Counted from the first letter of the stretch, positions 53,964-63,620 are shown. The stretch: DNA of 64,000 nucleotides from Acidimicrobiia bacterium (GCA_041748855.1 JBGTCK010000051.1:8525-72524); one strand, 5' to 3'. Program-made: numbers and translations. Notes: a model not told the origin generated them from the letters alone.

Positions 53964-54737
53964 TCAACCCCAGGTCTCGGGGTCGACCTCGGTGAAGTCG
54001 ATGACCTCGACATCGGCAACGGTCGAGGCGAGGGCGACAAGGCCCGGCATACCGGGGCGTTCGGTAGCGACATGGCCAGGATCGACCACAGCCAGGCCCA
54101 GGTCGAGGGCCCGGACCGCTCGGTGGTGGGAGACGTCGCCGGTGACGAGCCCGTCCGCCACACGCGAGGCTTGGTCGATGAGGTCCGAACCCGAGCCGGG
54201 CACCACCGCCACCCTCTCCAACATCCTCTCCCGGTCTCCGGAAACACGGAGGCCGGCAATCCCGAAGGCATCGGTGGCCATTGCATCGAGAACTCCGAGC
54301 TTCGCGTCGAAGGTACCCACCCGGCCAATCGGAGGGAAGCCCTCTTCCTCATCATTTCCAAAAGGTTCGATATCACGAAGTTTGAAGACAGCCGCCAGTG
54401 CTTCGGCAGTGCCGCCCGGGGCAGCGTCGAAGTCGGTGTGGGTAACCAGAAGCGCGGCCCCGGACTGAATTAAGCGCAGCGCCCGGGAGGCGGGAGACCG
54501 GCCGTCCACAATTCGGTTGATCGGCTCGAAGAGCAGGGGGTGGTACGTGATCAGCAGGTCGACGGGGTCTGCCTCGACAGCAGCCACCACCTGTTCGGTC
54601 ACCTCATGGCAGACACCCAGGCGATCTACCCGATGCTTCCGGTCTCCGAGTTGCAGGCCCACCGGATCCCACGAAGCTGCGGTCTCCGGGCGGGTCCTTT
54701 CTGCGAGGTGTTCCGCAATTTCATTGACTGTTGGCAC
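53964..54737 (-). CDS. Nif3-like dinuclear metal centre protein (GTP cyclohydrolase 1 type 2 family)
   Basis: Start placed at a GTG (VPTVNEIAEHL...). Motifs are WDPVGLQLGD, YHPLLF and HHRAVRALDLGLAVVDPGHVATE. Confidence 0.85.
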   Translation of the reverse strand: MPTVNEIAEHLAERTRPETAASWDPVGLQLGDRKHRVDRLGVCHEVTEQVVAAVEADPVDLLITYHPLLFEPINRIVDGRSPASRALRLIQSGAALLVTHTDFDAAPGGTAEALAAVFKLRDIEPFGNDEEEGFPPIGRVGTFDAKLGVLDAMATDAFGIAGLRVSGDRERMLERVAVVPGSGSDLIDQASRVADGLVTGDVSHHRAVRALDLGLAVVDPGHVATERPGMPGLVALASTVADVEVIDFTEVDPETWG

Positions 54738-54778
54738 CAGGGCAGGGTAACCCAAAAAACACGGGATACGCTCACGCC

Positions 54779-55822
54779 ATGGATACGACCGCAGCAAACT
54801 CCTGGCAACCCCCGTCTCGATGGTTGTCCTTGAGGGTGATCGACTCTCATGCGGCTGGTGAGCCGTTTCGGGTGGTGACCGACGGACTCCCGGAGATCCC
54901 GGGGACCACAGTCCTCGACCGTCGTCGGTTCGCGACAGAGCACCTCGATCACCTGCGCAAGGGGCTGATGTGGGAGCCGCGGGGGCACCGCGATATGTAC
55001 GGGGGGTGGATTGGCGATGCGGTCGAACCCGATTCCGACTTCTCCATACTGTTCACCCACAACGAGGGGTTCTCGACGATGTGCGGCCACGGCATTCTCG
55101 CGGTCACCAAGGTTGTCCTCGACACCGGCATGGTCAACCGTTCAGTCCCGCAAACGACCTTGCGCATCGACACCCCGGCCGGGCAGGTGACCAGCGTGGC
55201 CGACCACGATGCGGACGGGATGGTTGAACGAGTCCGTTTCCGCAACGTCGCCTCCTACGTCGATAGCCTCGACGAAACCATCGAGGTCAGCGGAATCGGT
55301 GAGGTGAGGTACGACCTGGCTTTCGGCGGGGCCTTCTACGCATATGTCGACGCCCTGTCGTTGGGAGTCCGCTGGCCCCCCGATGAAAGCGGATCGTTGG
55401 TCGAACTCGGCCGGCGTATCAAGAAAGCGGTGGTGGCTAGCCGCGCGATTACCCATCCGGTCCACGCTGAGCTCGGGTTCCTCTACGGAGTTATCTTCAG
55501 CGGGCCGGCCGTCGATCCGGCGAACCATCGGCGAAACGTTTGTGTCTTCGCCGACGGCGAGGTCGACCGCTCCCCTACCGGGACCGGCGTCTCCGGCCAT
55601 ATCGCTATCGAGTCCGCCCGGGAAAACATGCAGCCCGGGGACCGCCTGGTGGTGGAGAGCATCGTCGGCAGCGAGTTCGCCGGCACCCTCGCGGAGCTGA
55701 CTCGAATTGGAAAGGTCGAGGCGGTCATCCCCGAAATCGAAGGCATGGCACACATCACCGGCAGGTCCGAGTTCTGGTTCGACCCCGCAGACAGCCTCAG
55801 CCCGGGATTTTTGCTTCGCTGA
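54779..55822 (+). CDS. proline racemase superfamily enzyme, Cys/Thr type (predicted trans-3-hydroxy-L-proline dehydratase-like)
   Basis: ATG start at 54779. VIDSHAAGEP is present. The first catalytic residue is in STMCGHG, and the second catalytic position reads DRSPTGTG (Thr instead of Cys). Confidence 0.75.
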   Translation: MDTTAANSWQPPSRWLSLRVIDSHAAGEPFRVVTDGLPEIPGTTVLDRRRFATEHLDHLRKGLMWEPRGHRDMYGGWIGDAVEPDSDFSILFTHNEGFSTMCGHGILAVTKVVLDTGMVNRSVPQTTLRIDTPAGQVTSVADHDADGMVERVRFRNVASYVDSLDETIEVSGIGEVRYDLAFGGAFYAYVDALSLGVRWPPDESGSLVELGRRIKKAVVASRAITHPVHAELGFLYGVIFSGPAVDPANHRRNVCVFADGEVDRSPTGTGVSGHIAIESARENMQPGDRLVVESIVGSEFAGTLAELTRIGKVEAVIPEIEGMAHITGRSEFWFDPADSLSPGFLLR

Positions 55823-56990
55823 CCCGGCCCCTGCCCGGATGTGAGACCGCTGTCTTCGCCGCCAGGAAAGTCGTCAGCGGAACGGCTGCCACCAGGCCTA
55901 TCGATCCGACCAGGGTGCGGACGATTTCTACCGCGACCACCTCCGAACTGACCACGAAACCCATCCTCATCCCGGACAGGCTGAACAGGATGAGCAACGG
56001 CATCGCCGCCCCGACATAGGCGAGGAGCAGCGTGTTGACGGTTGATGCGATATGGTCCCGGCCCACTCTGAGGCCGGCTGCAAACAACTCGGCAGATCCG
56101 AGCTGATCGTTGGCGGAGCACACTTCCCAAACCGTTGACGCCTGTGTGACGGTGACATCGTCGAGAGCACCGATCGTCCCCAGGACGATTCCGGCAAGGA
56201 GCAGCCCGCTGAGATCGATCCCCGGCACGGCAGTCAAGTAGAACGACTCTTCGTCGGCGAAGCCGGAGAACCGGGCCAGCAACAACACGATCCAGGAGAG
56301 AGCCACTGTGATTCCCAACGCGCCGAACGCACCGATGGCCGCCACGTGTGTCAGCGGGTTCGGGCCATGGGTCACGTAGAGAGAGATCAAGGCGATGGCG
56401 CCACCGCCGACCAGGGCAACCAACACAGCATCGCGGCCGGCGACGATCGCCGGGACGATGAAAAGCAACAGCACGACGACACTTGCGGTGAGCCCGAAAA
56501 GGGCAAGTAGCCCGCGAACCCGCGCCAGAGCGACAACTGCAAGGGCAAAGAGCAGCAAAACCCCACCGACCAAGGCACGCCTGTCCCGATCGGCGTATTG
56601 ATACGAAACGGACCCGTCGTCGAATCCGGTGACGTTGATGAAAACTCCGTCCCCGATGTCGAATACGGGTTGGCCCTCCCCTTCAGAGAACTCCTGGATT
56701 ACGGGCCCACCATCATCGCCCAGGTCGAACGCCACCAGATAGCACTGAAGGTCAGCTGAGTAGCTGCAGGGCTCGTTGGCGACGGATTCAACCGTTGCGG
56801 GAACCGCCTCGTCGGCAAAACCGAGGGCGGTGAGATCGACGTCGGGGGCTTCTTTAGGCACCAGCACAACCAGGCCCACCGTGATGAAGAGGATCATCAA
56901 GACCACCACGGTCCCCTGCCAGCCAGGGAGCTTCAATCGTCGGCGGTCGGGTCCGATCAGAGTTTGGAAGTCGTCAGAACCGTCGGGCAT
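55797..56990 (-). CDS. YibE/F family membrane protein
   Basis: 397 aa with one N-terminal TM helix, an extracytoplasmic domain and then a polytopic YibE/F-like region. Confidence 0.7.
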   Translation of the reverse strand: MPDGSDDFQTLIGPDRRRLKLPGWQGTVVVLMILFITVGLVVLVPKEAPDVDLTALGFADEAVPATVESVANEPCSYSADLQCYLVAFDLGDDGGPVIQEFSEGEGQPVFDIGDGVFINVTGFDDGSVSYQYADRDRRALVGGVLLLFALAVVALARVRGLLALFGLTASVVVLLLFIVPAIVAGRDAVLVALVGGGAIALISLYVTHGPNPLTHVAAIGAFGALGITVALSWIVLLLARFSGFADEESFYLTAVPGIDLSGLLLAGIVLGTIGALDDVTVTQASTVWEVCSANDQLGSAELFAAGLRVGRDHIASTVNTLLLAYVGAAMPLLILFSLSGMRMGFVVSSEVVAVEIVRTLVGSIGLVAAVPLTTFLAAKTAVSHPGRGRVSEAKIPG

Positions 56991-57031
56991 GGGACGAGGT
57001 TAGGGCGAGAGCGGCGCTTGGCGGTGTCAGC

Positions 57032-58741
57032 TCAGCGGTTCGAGCCGACCAGCGATGACGGCGCCGCGTGTTGTGCGATGGACCCAGGGAGGATGAGCGA
57101 GAAACAGGCACCGCCCAGGCGCTCGGATCGCCGGTATGCCGCCGAGCCTCCGTGTGACATCACTATCGCCTCCACTATCGCCAGCCCGATTCCGAGTCCC
57201 GGACTGTTCGCGTTCAGGCGATTCGCCCCCCGTTCGAAACGCTGCCAGATGACCGCTTCGTATTTGGTGGGGACTCCGTCACCGTTGTCATGCGTCTCGA
57301 TCACCAGGTCGTCACCCTCGATCTTGCTGACCAGGACTGCGGTATCACCGCCATAGCGCACTGCGTTGCTCAGGAGGTTCGAGAGCGCTTGCTGAATGCG
57401 GCCCGAATCCACCCGCACCATGGCGTCGGCGGCGATCTCGACGTCGATGCTCGTCCCTTCGGGTTCGACGCCCCGGAGCGCCGCGTTCACTATCGAGGAG
57501 ACCGAAACTTCGGTGATCTCGAGTGGGAGGTTGCGATGGACCCCGCGTGCGAGCATAACCAGGTCGGAGACCAGGCGGGACATGTGGTTTGCCTGATTGC
57601 TGGCCTCGGTGATCATCTCATTGCGGGCGTCTTCAGGGAAGTCGCCTGCGTCATCGGTCAGAAGATTGAGATACCCAACTATTGCAGTCAGCGGGGTCCG
57701 CAGTTCATGGCTCACAGACGCAACCAGTTCGGAACGTTGCTTCTCCACCCTCCTCTGGTTGTTGCGGATGGAAACCATCTGGCGGAGGAAGATGAGGATA
57801 CCGACAGCAAGTACGGCATCGAGCAGCAGCCGCGCATCTGGGTCCAAGGTAAGTTGGTAATACGTGCCGACATGGACCGCAAGCAGACCCGCACCGAGCA
57901 AGTAGGGCCAGACGAGGGCCAGGAATGGCACCTCCAACTCGGGAAACTCTCGTTTCGCCGGGGCGATGTCGACGATTGCTGCCGTGGCCACAAACAAGGT
58001 CGATGCCAATAAGAGGAGCGGCCACGCGGGAGCGGCGTCGACGAATGAGACGTTGACTCCGGTTTGCAGGTAGATGAAGTCGGAGACCACCTGCACACTC
58101 AGGGCGAGGGCGAGAAGCATAAGCCGGGGGTCGAAACGAAAGTGGCTGCGCCGGATGATCAGGATGATCAACCCGAACACCACCGCCACATCGAGGATCG
58201 GGTAGGTGGCTGCGATCAACGTCCGCCACCAGGGGGCTCCTGCGAAGCTCTCGATCAGGTCCTGGAATAATGTTACCCACACCAGAACTGCCAGTGAGAT
58301 ACCGCCGACCAGGGCATCGAGGATGGTTGGAAGCCACTCCCGCCCACCTGATTCGACCCGGGCGAGCATGATCAACGCCACTAGCAGTGTCGCATACGCC
58401 CCGAGGAAGAAGGTGTCGAAAGGGCCAACTGATTGAACGTCGGCACCGAGCTCGGTGAGAATCCCGGTGACCAGCACGCCCATCATCGCCAGGAACGTTC
58501 CTCCGCCGATCAGCCGCCAGACGATGCGCTCGGACCGCTCCAGGCTCCGAGATCGTCGGAGGAAGAGTATGCCGGCCGTGGACATGCCGAGGATCAGGCC
58601 GAGGAATCCGATTATGTCGGCCATCTCGGAGCCATCCGGGGAAACGATCACGGTGAAGATCCCGGCGACGAGAAGCACCATGACAAAGCCCGGGGCGAGC
58701 CATCTCTTGGTGCCCGCTCCCAGGGACGCGGTCGAATTCAT
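57032..58741 (-). CDS. sensor histidine kinase with large polytopic N-terminal domain
   Basis: 569 aa with about 10 TM helices, the H-box SHELRTPLTAI, the N-box LSNAVRYG and G-boxes DNGDGVP/GLGIGLAIV. No adjacent response regulator. Confidence 0.85.
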   Translation of the reverse strand: MNSTASLGAGTKRWLAPGFVMVLLVAGIFTVIVSPDGSEMADIIGFLGLILGMSTAGILFLRRSRSLERSERIVWRLIGGGTFLAMMGVLVTGILTELGADVQSVGPFDTFFLGAYATLLVALIMLARVESGGREWLPTILDALVGGISLAVLVWVTLFQDLIESFAGAPWWRTLIAATYPILDVAVVFGLIILIIRRSHFRFDPRLMLLALALSVQVVSDFIYLQTGVNVSFVDAAPAWPLLLLASTLFVATAAIVDIAPAKREFPELEVPFLALVWPYLLGAGLLAVHVGTYYQLTLDPDARLLLDAVLAVGILIFLRQMVSIRNNQRRVEKQRSELVASVSHELRTPLTAIVGYLNLLTDDAGDFPEDARNEMITEASNQANHMSRLVSDLVMLARGVHRNLPLEITEVSVSSIVNAALRGVEPEGTSIDVEIAADAMVRVDSGRIQQALSNLLSNAVRYGGDTAVLVSKIEGDDLVIETHDNGDGVPTKYEAVIWQRFERGANRLNANSPGLGIGLAIVEAIVMSHGGSAAYRRSERLGGACFSLILPGSIAQHAAPSSLVGSNR

Positions 58742-59061
58742 GTCCTACTATCGGCAGGGGGGTGCCGCCTATTTAGGGCTGATACCCATCCCGAAATCGC
58801 CCGACTTGGCATCGCCGGCGACCTCTCCGGGCAGATCGATCTCGATCCCGGTTTCAGCGGTCTACGCCAGTCATGACCCGCTCCTCCGGTATTTGCCGAC
58901 AAATTGTCGGAAATCCGACCACGCGCGCCCGGCCATCACGGAATAGACGAGGTCCGGCCAGCAGATCTGCGAGAGCAAGGCCGAGTCAGGCGCCCGGCAG
59001 GCGGACCAAGCGTCTGCTGGCGAGTGTTGGCGTTGGGTTGCGGTCTACTGCAGCGTTCGCG

Positions 59062-59853
59062 CTACCCCAGAGTGTTGGTGAATAGTTTTGCGATCTTCTT
59101 GTAACCGCTGTCATCAGGATGGAGGCAGTCATCGCCACCGACGAAGTCATCCCGCCTCAGCTCACCGTAGGTCTCCACCACCGTCGCACCGGTGGCTGCC
59201 GCGACCCCGCGGATGATGTCGTTGAACCCGAACGGAAGCGGACCACCACCCTCCAGCACCAGATCGGCGAGAGGGGCGAGGTCGGCCAGGAAGCAGGCAC
59301 CGAGCGGGTTGTAATAGGTCATCATCGCAATCTCGGTCTCAGGTCCAGCCGCAGCCCGGAGCGATCCCAGGATTAGACCGAGATTCGCCGTGTAGGTGGC
59401 GAACCCGTTTGCAATCACCTCGGTGCACTCCGGCGTCACTCCTCCGGAGCAGGCGGCGATTACCGGGTTGAACAGGTCGTTGCCTCCGATGGTCACCGTC
59501 ACCAGTACCACGTCGTTGGAAGGGTTGGCATCGGAGTTTCGAGCAGCCAGCAACTCAAGCGCCGGCTGCAATTGATTGGCGATCAGTGATGTCGATGTTG
59601 CACCGGGCACTGCCAGGTTGACCAAATCGACTGTGGCGCAACCGGACGCTTCTTCCACGCAATAAAGGTCAGGTGCACGCTGGTTGACGAGCGGCACATA
59701 ACCGTCGGTGAAGGGGTCGGACGCACCAAACCCCCAGGCAACGGAGTCTCCTAATCCCAAATGGACGGGGTTCTCCTCGGTGTCGGCTCCCGCTGTCAGC
59801 GGGACCATCGTCATCGCCAGAACCGTGGCGAGTATCAGAAACCTTCGCATCAT
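59062..59853 (-). CDS. secreted SGNH/GDSL hydrolase
   Basis: 263 aa with a signal peptide, block I GLGDSVAWG, block III GGND and block V DCLHPD. Confidence 0.75.
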   Translation of the reverse strand: MMRRFLILATVLAMTMVPLTAGADTEENPVHLGLGDSVAWGFGASDPFTDGYVPLVNQRAPDLYCVEEASGCATVDLVNLAVPGATSTSLIANQLQPALELLAARNSDANPSNDVVLVTVTIGGNDLFNPVIAACSGGVTPECTEVIANGFATYTANLGLILGSLRAAAGPETEIAMMTYYNPLGACFLADLAPLADLVLEGGGPLPFGFNDIIRGVAAATGATVVETYGELRRDDFVGGDDCLHPDDSGYKKIAKLFTNTLG

Positions 59854-59976
59854 TCCTCCTCAGGCGTCAACAGCCGAAACTTACACGACACGGATGGTCG
59901 GAGACGAGACCAAAGCGATAGTCTCGCCTTAGCCGAGCGGGTGGCGCAACTGGTGACCCCGCCTATCATCGATTGC

Positions 59977-60387
59977 ATGACCGAAGAACAGAGCTTTGCC
60001 CCTCAGCCCCCGCGCCCGATGAGCGACGCCGACCGGAAGAACTGGGCGATGGCCGCCCACCTGTCTGCGTTGATTGCCTTTATCGGGGTCCCATCCCTCA
60101 TCGGCCCCCTGGTGGTGTGGCTCGTGAAAAAGGACAGTGATGCCTACATCGCCGCCCACAGCGCTCACGCCCTCAACTTCAACATCTCGGTGCTGATCTA
60201 CACCATCGTGGGCTCCATCGCCGTGGGCATCATTGGGATTTTCACACTCGGGATCGGCTTCTTGCTGGCAATACCCGCGGTGATTGTCGCCCTTGTCATC
60301 TGGCTGGTACTCGTCATCCAGGGTGGGATGGCTGCCTCCCGTGGCGAGCAGTTCCGCTACCCGCTGACCATCGACCTCGTCAAGTAG
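59977..60387 (+). CDS. DUF4870-like membrane protein
   Basis: ATG start at 59977. The product is 136 aa, with NWAMAAHLSALIAFIG...VVWLVKKDSDAYIAAHSAHALNFNIS typical of DUF4870. Confidence 0.65.
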   Translation: MTEEQSFAPQPPRPMSDADRKNWAMAAHLSALIAFIGVPSLIGPLVVWLVKKDSDAYIAAHSAHALNFNISVLIYTIVGSIAVGIIGIFTLGIGFLLAIPAVIVALVIWLVLVIQGGMAASRGEQFRYPLTIDLVK

Positions 60388-60394
60388 GGTCGAC

Positions 60395-60910
60395 TCAGCG
60401 GCACGAACCCCGAACGTAAGGGCTCCAGGCGCCCCAGCCCTGCTGGTCACGGATCTGAGCAGCCACTTCGAGGTTGGTCCACGGATCGAAGAGTTCGTGG
60501 GTGTCGTGACCGAAATGAGCCGCCCAGAAGGGCATCACCTGCATCAGGCCCGAAGCTCCCGAGGTCGGATTCCTCGCTGACGGGTCACCTGCGCTCTCCA
60601 GTTCCATCAAACAGAGGGCGCGCGAGACGTCTTCAGGTCGGAAGTACGAGGCAACCAGTGGCCCCCAACGATCCACGTCAGAGCCCCACTCCCCGACCGA
60701 CTCCTCAGCGCAAGCCTCGACGATGGGGAGGTACTCGTTGATTTGCTCGAGGCGCTCCATGGTCAGACCGCGGCGGGCTTCCTGGCGAACCACCAGAGCG
60801 AACCGTTCCCAAGCCTCGTCGCATTCGACAGGGTTGGCCATAGCCGTGTTGTTGGCGAACAAGGCAAAGAAGACGGCGATGACAAGCAGGCAGCGGCGAA
60901 CAGCCGCCAT
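60395..60910 (-). CDS. secreted lytic transglycosylase (SLT domain) protein
   Basis: Start placed at the ATG giving the signal peptide MAAVRRCLLVIAVFFALFANNTAMA. SLT motifs are ELESAGDPSA and SGASGLMQVMP. Confidence 0.7.
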   Translation of the reverse strand: MAAVRRCLLVIAVFFALFANNTAMANPVECDEAWERFALVVRQEARRGLTMERLEQINEYLPIVEACAEESVGEWGSDVDRWGPLVASYFRPEDVSRALCLMELESAGDPSARNPTSGASGLMQVMPFWAAHFGHDTHELFDPWTNLEVAAQIRDQQGWGAWSPYVRGSCR

Positions 60911-61053
60911 GAATGATCCGATCACGGGTCCAGAGTTCCTTTCCGGCCGCATGCTGAAGGAGCAACCCGGCCTCGATGAGATAAGTCGCCACGCTTTCCC
61001 CCGGGCGCAGGCGCTCAAACATCTTCATTTGTTTGGCAGTGCGTCAGCCTGTT

Positions 61054-61785
61054 CTACGACTCCAGGTCCCACAACGCGCGGTAGTAGCGAATGCGGTCTG
61101 CATCGGGCTCGATAACGTATTCCTCGAAGAGCTCATCCTGGTGTCCCTCGCCGAAGTTCCAATCCAGGCTGAGTGACGCAATTGCGAGGTCAGCCCACCG
61201 GTCGCCAACCGTGAGGTCGCCGAGGTCGACGTGACCCACCCACTCGCCGTCAGGAGATATGAGAGTGTTCGGGGCGCAGGCATCGCCGTGGGCAATGACC
61301 GGATCGTCCAACGGCGGGGCCTGCCCCAGTGATACCGGTCGGCGGCCGGCCCAAGTCTCAGCCGCCCAGGCTGTTGGAAAGTCGCCAATGGGAAGCGAAT
61401 GGATCGCCCTCAGTCCGATAGCGATCGCCCGGATCGCCTCGGACCGCCGGGCACGCCACCTATCTCCGACGGCGTGTGTGCCGGGCAGTGCCGTCGTCAC
61501 GAGCCATTGCGCCGTCTCGTCTGCCCCGAAATCGATGACGCCGGGCGCGGGGTGTCGGGGCGAGAGCCACTCGAGACGGAGTCGCTCCCGGTCGAGATCG
61601 ATCCCGGTGGACCGAGGGTTCCACTTGACGAACCGATCGTCGAACCCGAACGTCAATCCCCCCAACTCATTCCGCCAGACGAGTTCGAGAGCGTGGCCGG
61701 CGGCGATTTCGAGAACGACAGGCGGGATCGGGTCATCTCCGAGCTGGTGCAACGCTGCAAGGTCTGAAAAGTCCAGTTCGACCAT
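61054..61785 (-). CDS. aminoglycoside phosphotransferase (APH) family protein
   Basis: 243 aa with the catalytic loop VIAHGDACAPNTLI and the metal-binding motif HVDLGDLTVGDRWADLA. Substrate not determinable from sequence. Confidence 0.75.
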   Translation of the reverse strand: MVELDFSDLAALHQLGDDPIPPVVLEIAAGHALELVWRNELGGLTFGFDDRFVKWNPRSTGIDLDRERLRLEWLSPRHPAPGVIDFGADETAQWLVTTALPGTHAVGDRWRARRSEAIRAIAIGLRAIHSLPIGDFPTAWAAETWAGRRPVSLGQAPPLDDPVIAHGDACAPNTLISPDGEWVGHVDLGDLTVGDRWADLAIASLSLDWNFGEGHQDELFEEYVIEPDADRIRYYRALWDLES

Positions 61786-61831
61786 GTCCTCAGACTGTAA
61801 CGAGGACAGGCGGACAGTCAGGCCGGATTAG

Positions 61832-61905
61832 TGGGCGTTGAGGGACTCGAACCCCCGACCCCTGCCTTGTAAGGGCAGTGCTCTAGCCAACTGAGCTAAA
61901 CGCCC
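61832..61905 (-). tRNA. tRNA-Val (anticodon TAC)
   Basis: 74 nt: GGGCGTTTAGCTCAGTTGGCTAGAGCACTGCCCTTACAAGGCAGGGGTCGGGGGTTCGAGTCCCTCAACGCCCA. It folds into a full cloverleaf (7-bp acceptor, GCTC/GAGC D stem, CTGCC/GGCAG anticodon stem, loop CTTACAA, TTCGAGT T-loop). CCA is not encoded. Confidence 0.95.
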
Positions 61906-62095
61906 GGGAGCAGCGATTCTACGACAAGTGGTTTCCTTCACCACCTCGAGATCGGGACTAGACCGTTCGCGCGAGGACAGATTGGTCCCCGGGAACCATT
62001 CAGTTTCCAGGGGGTTCACCCGATATACGAGCCTGTTGATAAATCCTCAATAGTGGCCGGTCGTGTTCCTACGCTGGCCAAGGAATAGAACCACA

Positions 62096-63028
62096 ATGGC
62101 AAAGAGCGCATCCATCAGACGAGAAGTAAGCGACGAGGCGGTCCGGCAGTACCTCGACGGGATCGGCACCTACATGCTGCTCACCGCCGAAGACGAGGTC
62201 CAACTCGCCAAGGCCATCGAAATCGGGAAAAAGGCCGAAGCTGCCTTGCCCGACGAAACAGATTCTGCCAAACGGCGTGAGCTGAAACGACTGATCCGCA
62301 CCGGTGAAGAAGCCCGCCAGACCTTCATCAGAGCCAACCTGCGACTGGTGGTCTCCATCGCCAAACGTTACGGACACGCCCGCCTCCCGTTCCTCGACCT
62401 CGTTCAGGAAGGCAACCTCGGCCTGATCCGGGCTGTGGAAAAGTTCGAGTACCGGAAGGGCTTCAAGTTCTCCACATATGCAACGTGGTGGATCCGCCAG
62501 GCCATCACCAGGGCAATCGCCGACAAGAGCCGGACGATCCGGGTGCCGGTCCACATGATGGACACCATCACTCAGATGCAGACCGCCGAGTCGAACCTCA
62601 CACGGCGTCTCGGTCGGAAGCCGACCGACGACGAATTGGCTGAAGAGTCCGGGCTCACCGTGAAGAAGCTCATCGAGGCACGGAAAGTGGCACCGGAGCC
62701 GATCTCGATTTCCGAGCCGATCGGCGAAGACAACGCGACACTCGGTGACTTCATCGCCGATGACGAAGCCGCCACGCCTTTCGACCTCATTGCATCCAAG
62801 CTCAATATCGAAGACCTCCGTCACATCCTCGACAGGCTGAACGATCGGGAGCGGACCATCATCGAGATGCGCTACGGCTTGAACGGAACGATCCCGGCGA
62901 CTCTCGATGAGGTAGGCCGCCACTTCGACGTCACCCGAGAGCGGATCCGCCAGATCGAAGCCAAGGCACTCGCCAAGATGAGGCACCCTTCGACACCCGG
63001 GGCTCTCCGCGAGCTCGCAGTCTCCTGA
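62096..63028 (+). CDS. RNA polymerase sigma-70 family factor (group 1/2, SigA/SigB-like)
   Basis: ATG start at 62096. The product is 310 aa, with region 1.2 (VRQYLDGIG), 2.1-2.4 ([12 protein letters not shown]...[34 protein letters not shown]), 3 and 4.2 ([24 protein letters not shown]). Confidence 0.9.
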   Translation: MAKSASIRREVSDEAVRQYLDGIGTYMLLTAEDEVQLAKAIEIGKKAEAALPDETDSAKRRELKRLIRTGEEARQTFIRANLRLVVSIAKRYGHARLPFLDLVQEGNLGLIRAVEKFEYRKGFKFSTYATWWIRQAITRAIADKSRTIRVPVHMMDTITQMQTAESNLTRRLGRKPTDDELAEESGLTVKKLIEARKVAPEPISISEPIGEDNATLGDFIADDEAATPFDLIASKLNIEDLRHILDRLNDRERTIIEMRYGLNGTIPATLDEVGRHFDVTRERIRQIEAKALAKMRHPSTPGALRELAVS

Positions 63029-63070
63029 CCCTGGCTCCGTCCGGCCTTCGGTCTGGTGGCGGGGACCCGA

Positions 63071-63385
63071 TCAAGCGGACTTGACCAGCTCCCACAGCTG
63101 GGAAAGATCTGCCTCGAGGGGCAGGCCTTTCTCGGAATGACTGGGACGACCGCGACCGCGGCGCCGGTGGAACGGTTGGCCATCCCAGAAGATGACACCG
63201 CCCCAGACTCCCCAGTCGTGGCCCTCGCTCAAGGCGATCTGAAGGCATCGCACCCTTAGATCACAGCCGGCGCAGACCTCCTGGGCCTGGGCCATCTCGG
63301 CGGGGCGCTCCGAGAAGAACCACTCGTGCTCTCCTTCGGAACTACATCGTCCGTGCTCCTGTATTTCTCGTAATTCCTTGTTCAT
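63071..63385 (-). CDS. whiB7: WhiB7-type Fe-S transcriptional regulator with C-terminal AT-hook
   Basis: 104 aa with Cys spacing C-X22-C-X2-C-X5-C (RCSS...VCAGCDLRVRC), the GVWGG turn and the AT-hook RRRGRGRP. Confidence 0.85.
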   Translation of the reverse strand: MNKELREIQEHGRCSSEGEHEWFFSERPAEMAQAQEVCAGCDLRVRCLQIALSEGHDWGVWGGVIFWDGQPFHRRRGRGRPSHSEKGLPLEADLSQLWELVKSA

Positions 63386-63421
63386 TTCAAATCCTGATTC
63401 TCTTCTTCATTTGATCGGGGC

Positions 63422-63452
63422 AAAAAGAAAGCCGCCGGGGTGATCCGGCGGC
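63422..63452 (-). terminator. intrinsic terminator (attenuator) in the whiB7 leader
   Basis: Minus-strand RNA forms GCCGCCGG-AUCACC-CCGGCGGC followed by UUUCUUUUU. It lies 37 nt upstream of the whiB7 ATG and 30 nt downstream of the uORF stop. Confidence 0.7.
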
Positions 63453-63481
63453 CTGCTCACGAAACGATTGTGAAGATCAAA

Positions 63482-63595
63482 TCATGGATCAAGAGGCTGC
63501 CGGTTGACGTTGGCTGCGCCGCCGTCGGATGTCGGAACGGGCGCGACAAAGCCAGTCTGCTGCTGGGTGAATGCGATATTGCGCTTCTCGTTCAC
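63482..63595 (-). CDS. whiB7 leader peptide (uORF)
   Basis: 37-codon ORF (GTG start) MNEKRNIAFTQQQTGFVAPVPTSDGGAANVNRQPLDP*, preceded by AAGAGG with a 5-nt spacer. Below the size cut-off of the supplied ORF track. Confidence 0.55.
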   Translation of the reverse strand: MNEKRNIAFTQQQTGFVAPVPTSDGGAANVNRQPLDP

Positions 63596-63620
63596 TAGTA
63601 CCTCTTTACTCGACGGAACA

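Noticed and set aside
60911-61053. Possible cyclic-di-AMP (ydaO-type) riboswitch upstream of the lytic transglycosylase gene, as is common in Actinobacteria
   Set aside because: The 140-nt spacer lacks the conserved ydaO blocks (GGGGGACCCA, GGGGUGAAUC and CCCGAACCCG-like segments) on inspection. An Infernal scan would be needed to exclude it fully.
61700-62000. att-like duplication of the tRNA-Val 3' end that would indicate a second island
   Set aside because: I found no second copy of the TTCGAGTCCCTCAACGCCCA segment in the window, by manual scan only.
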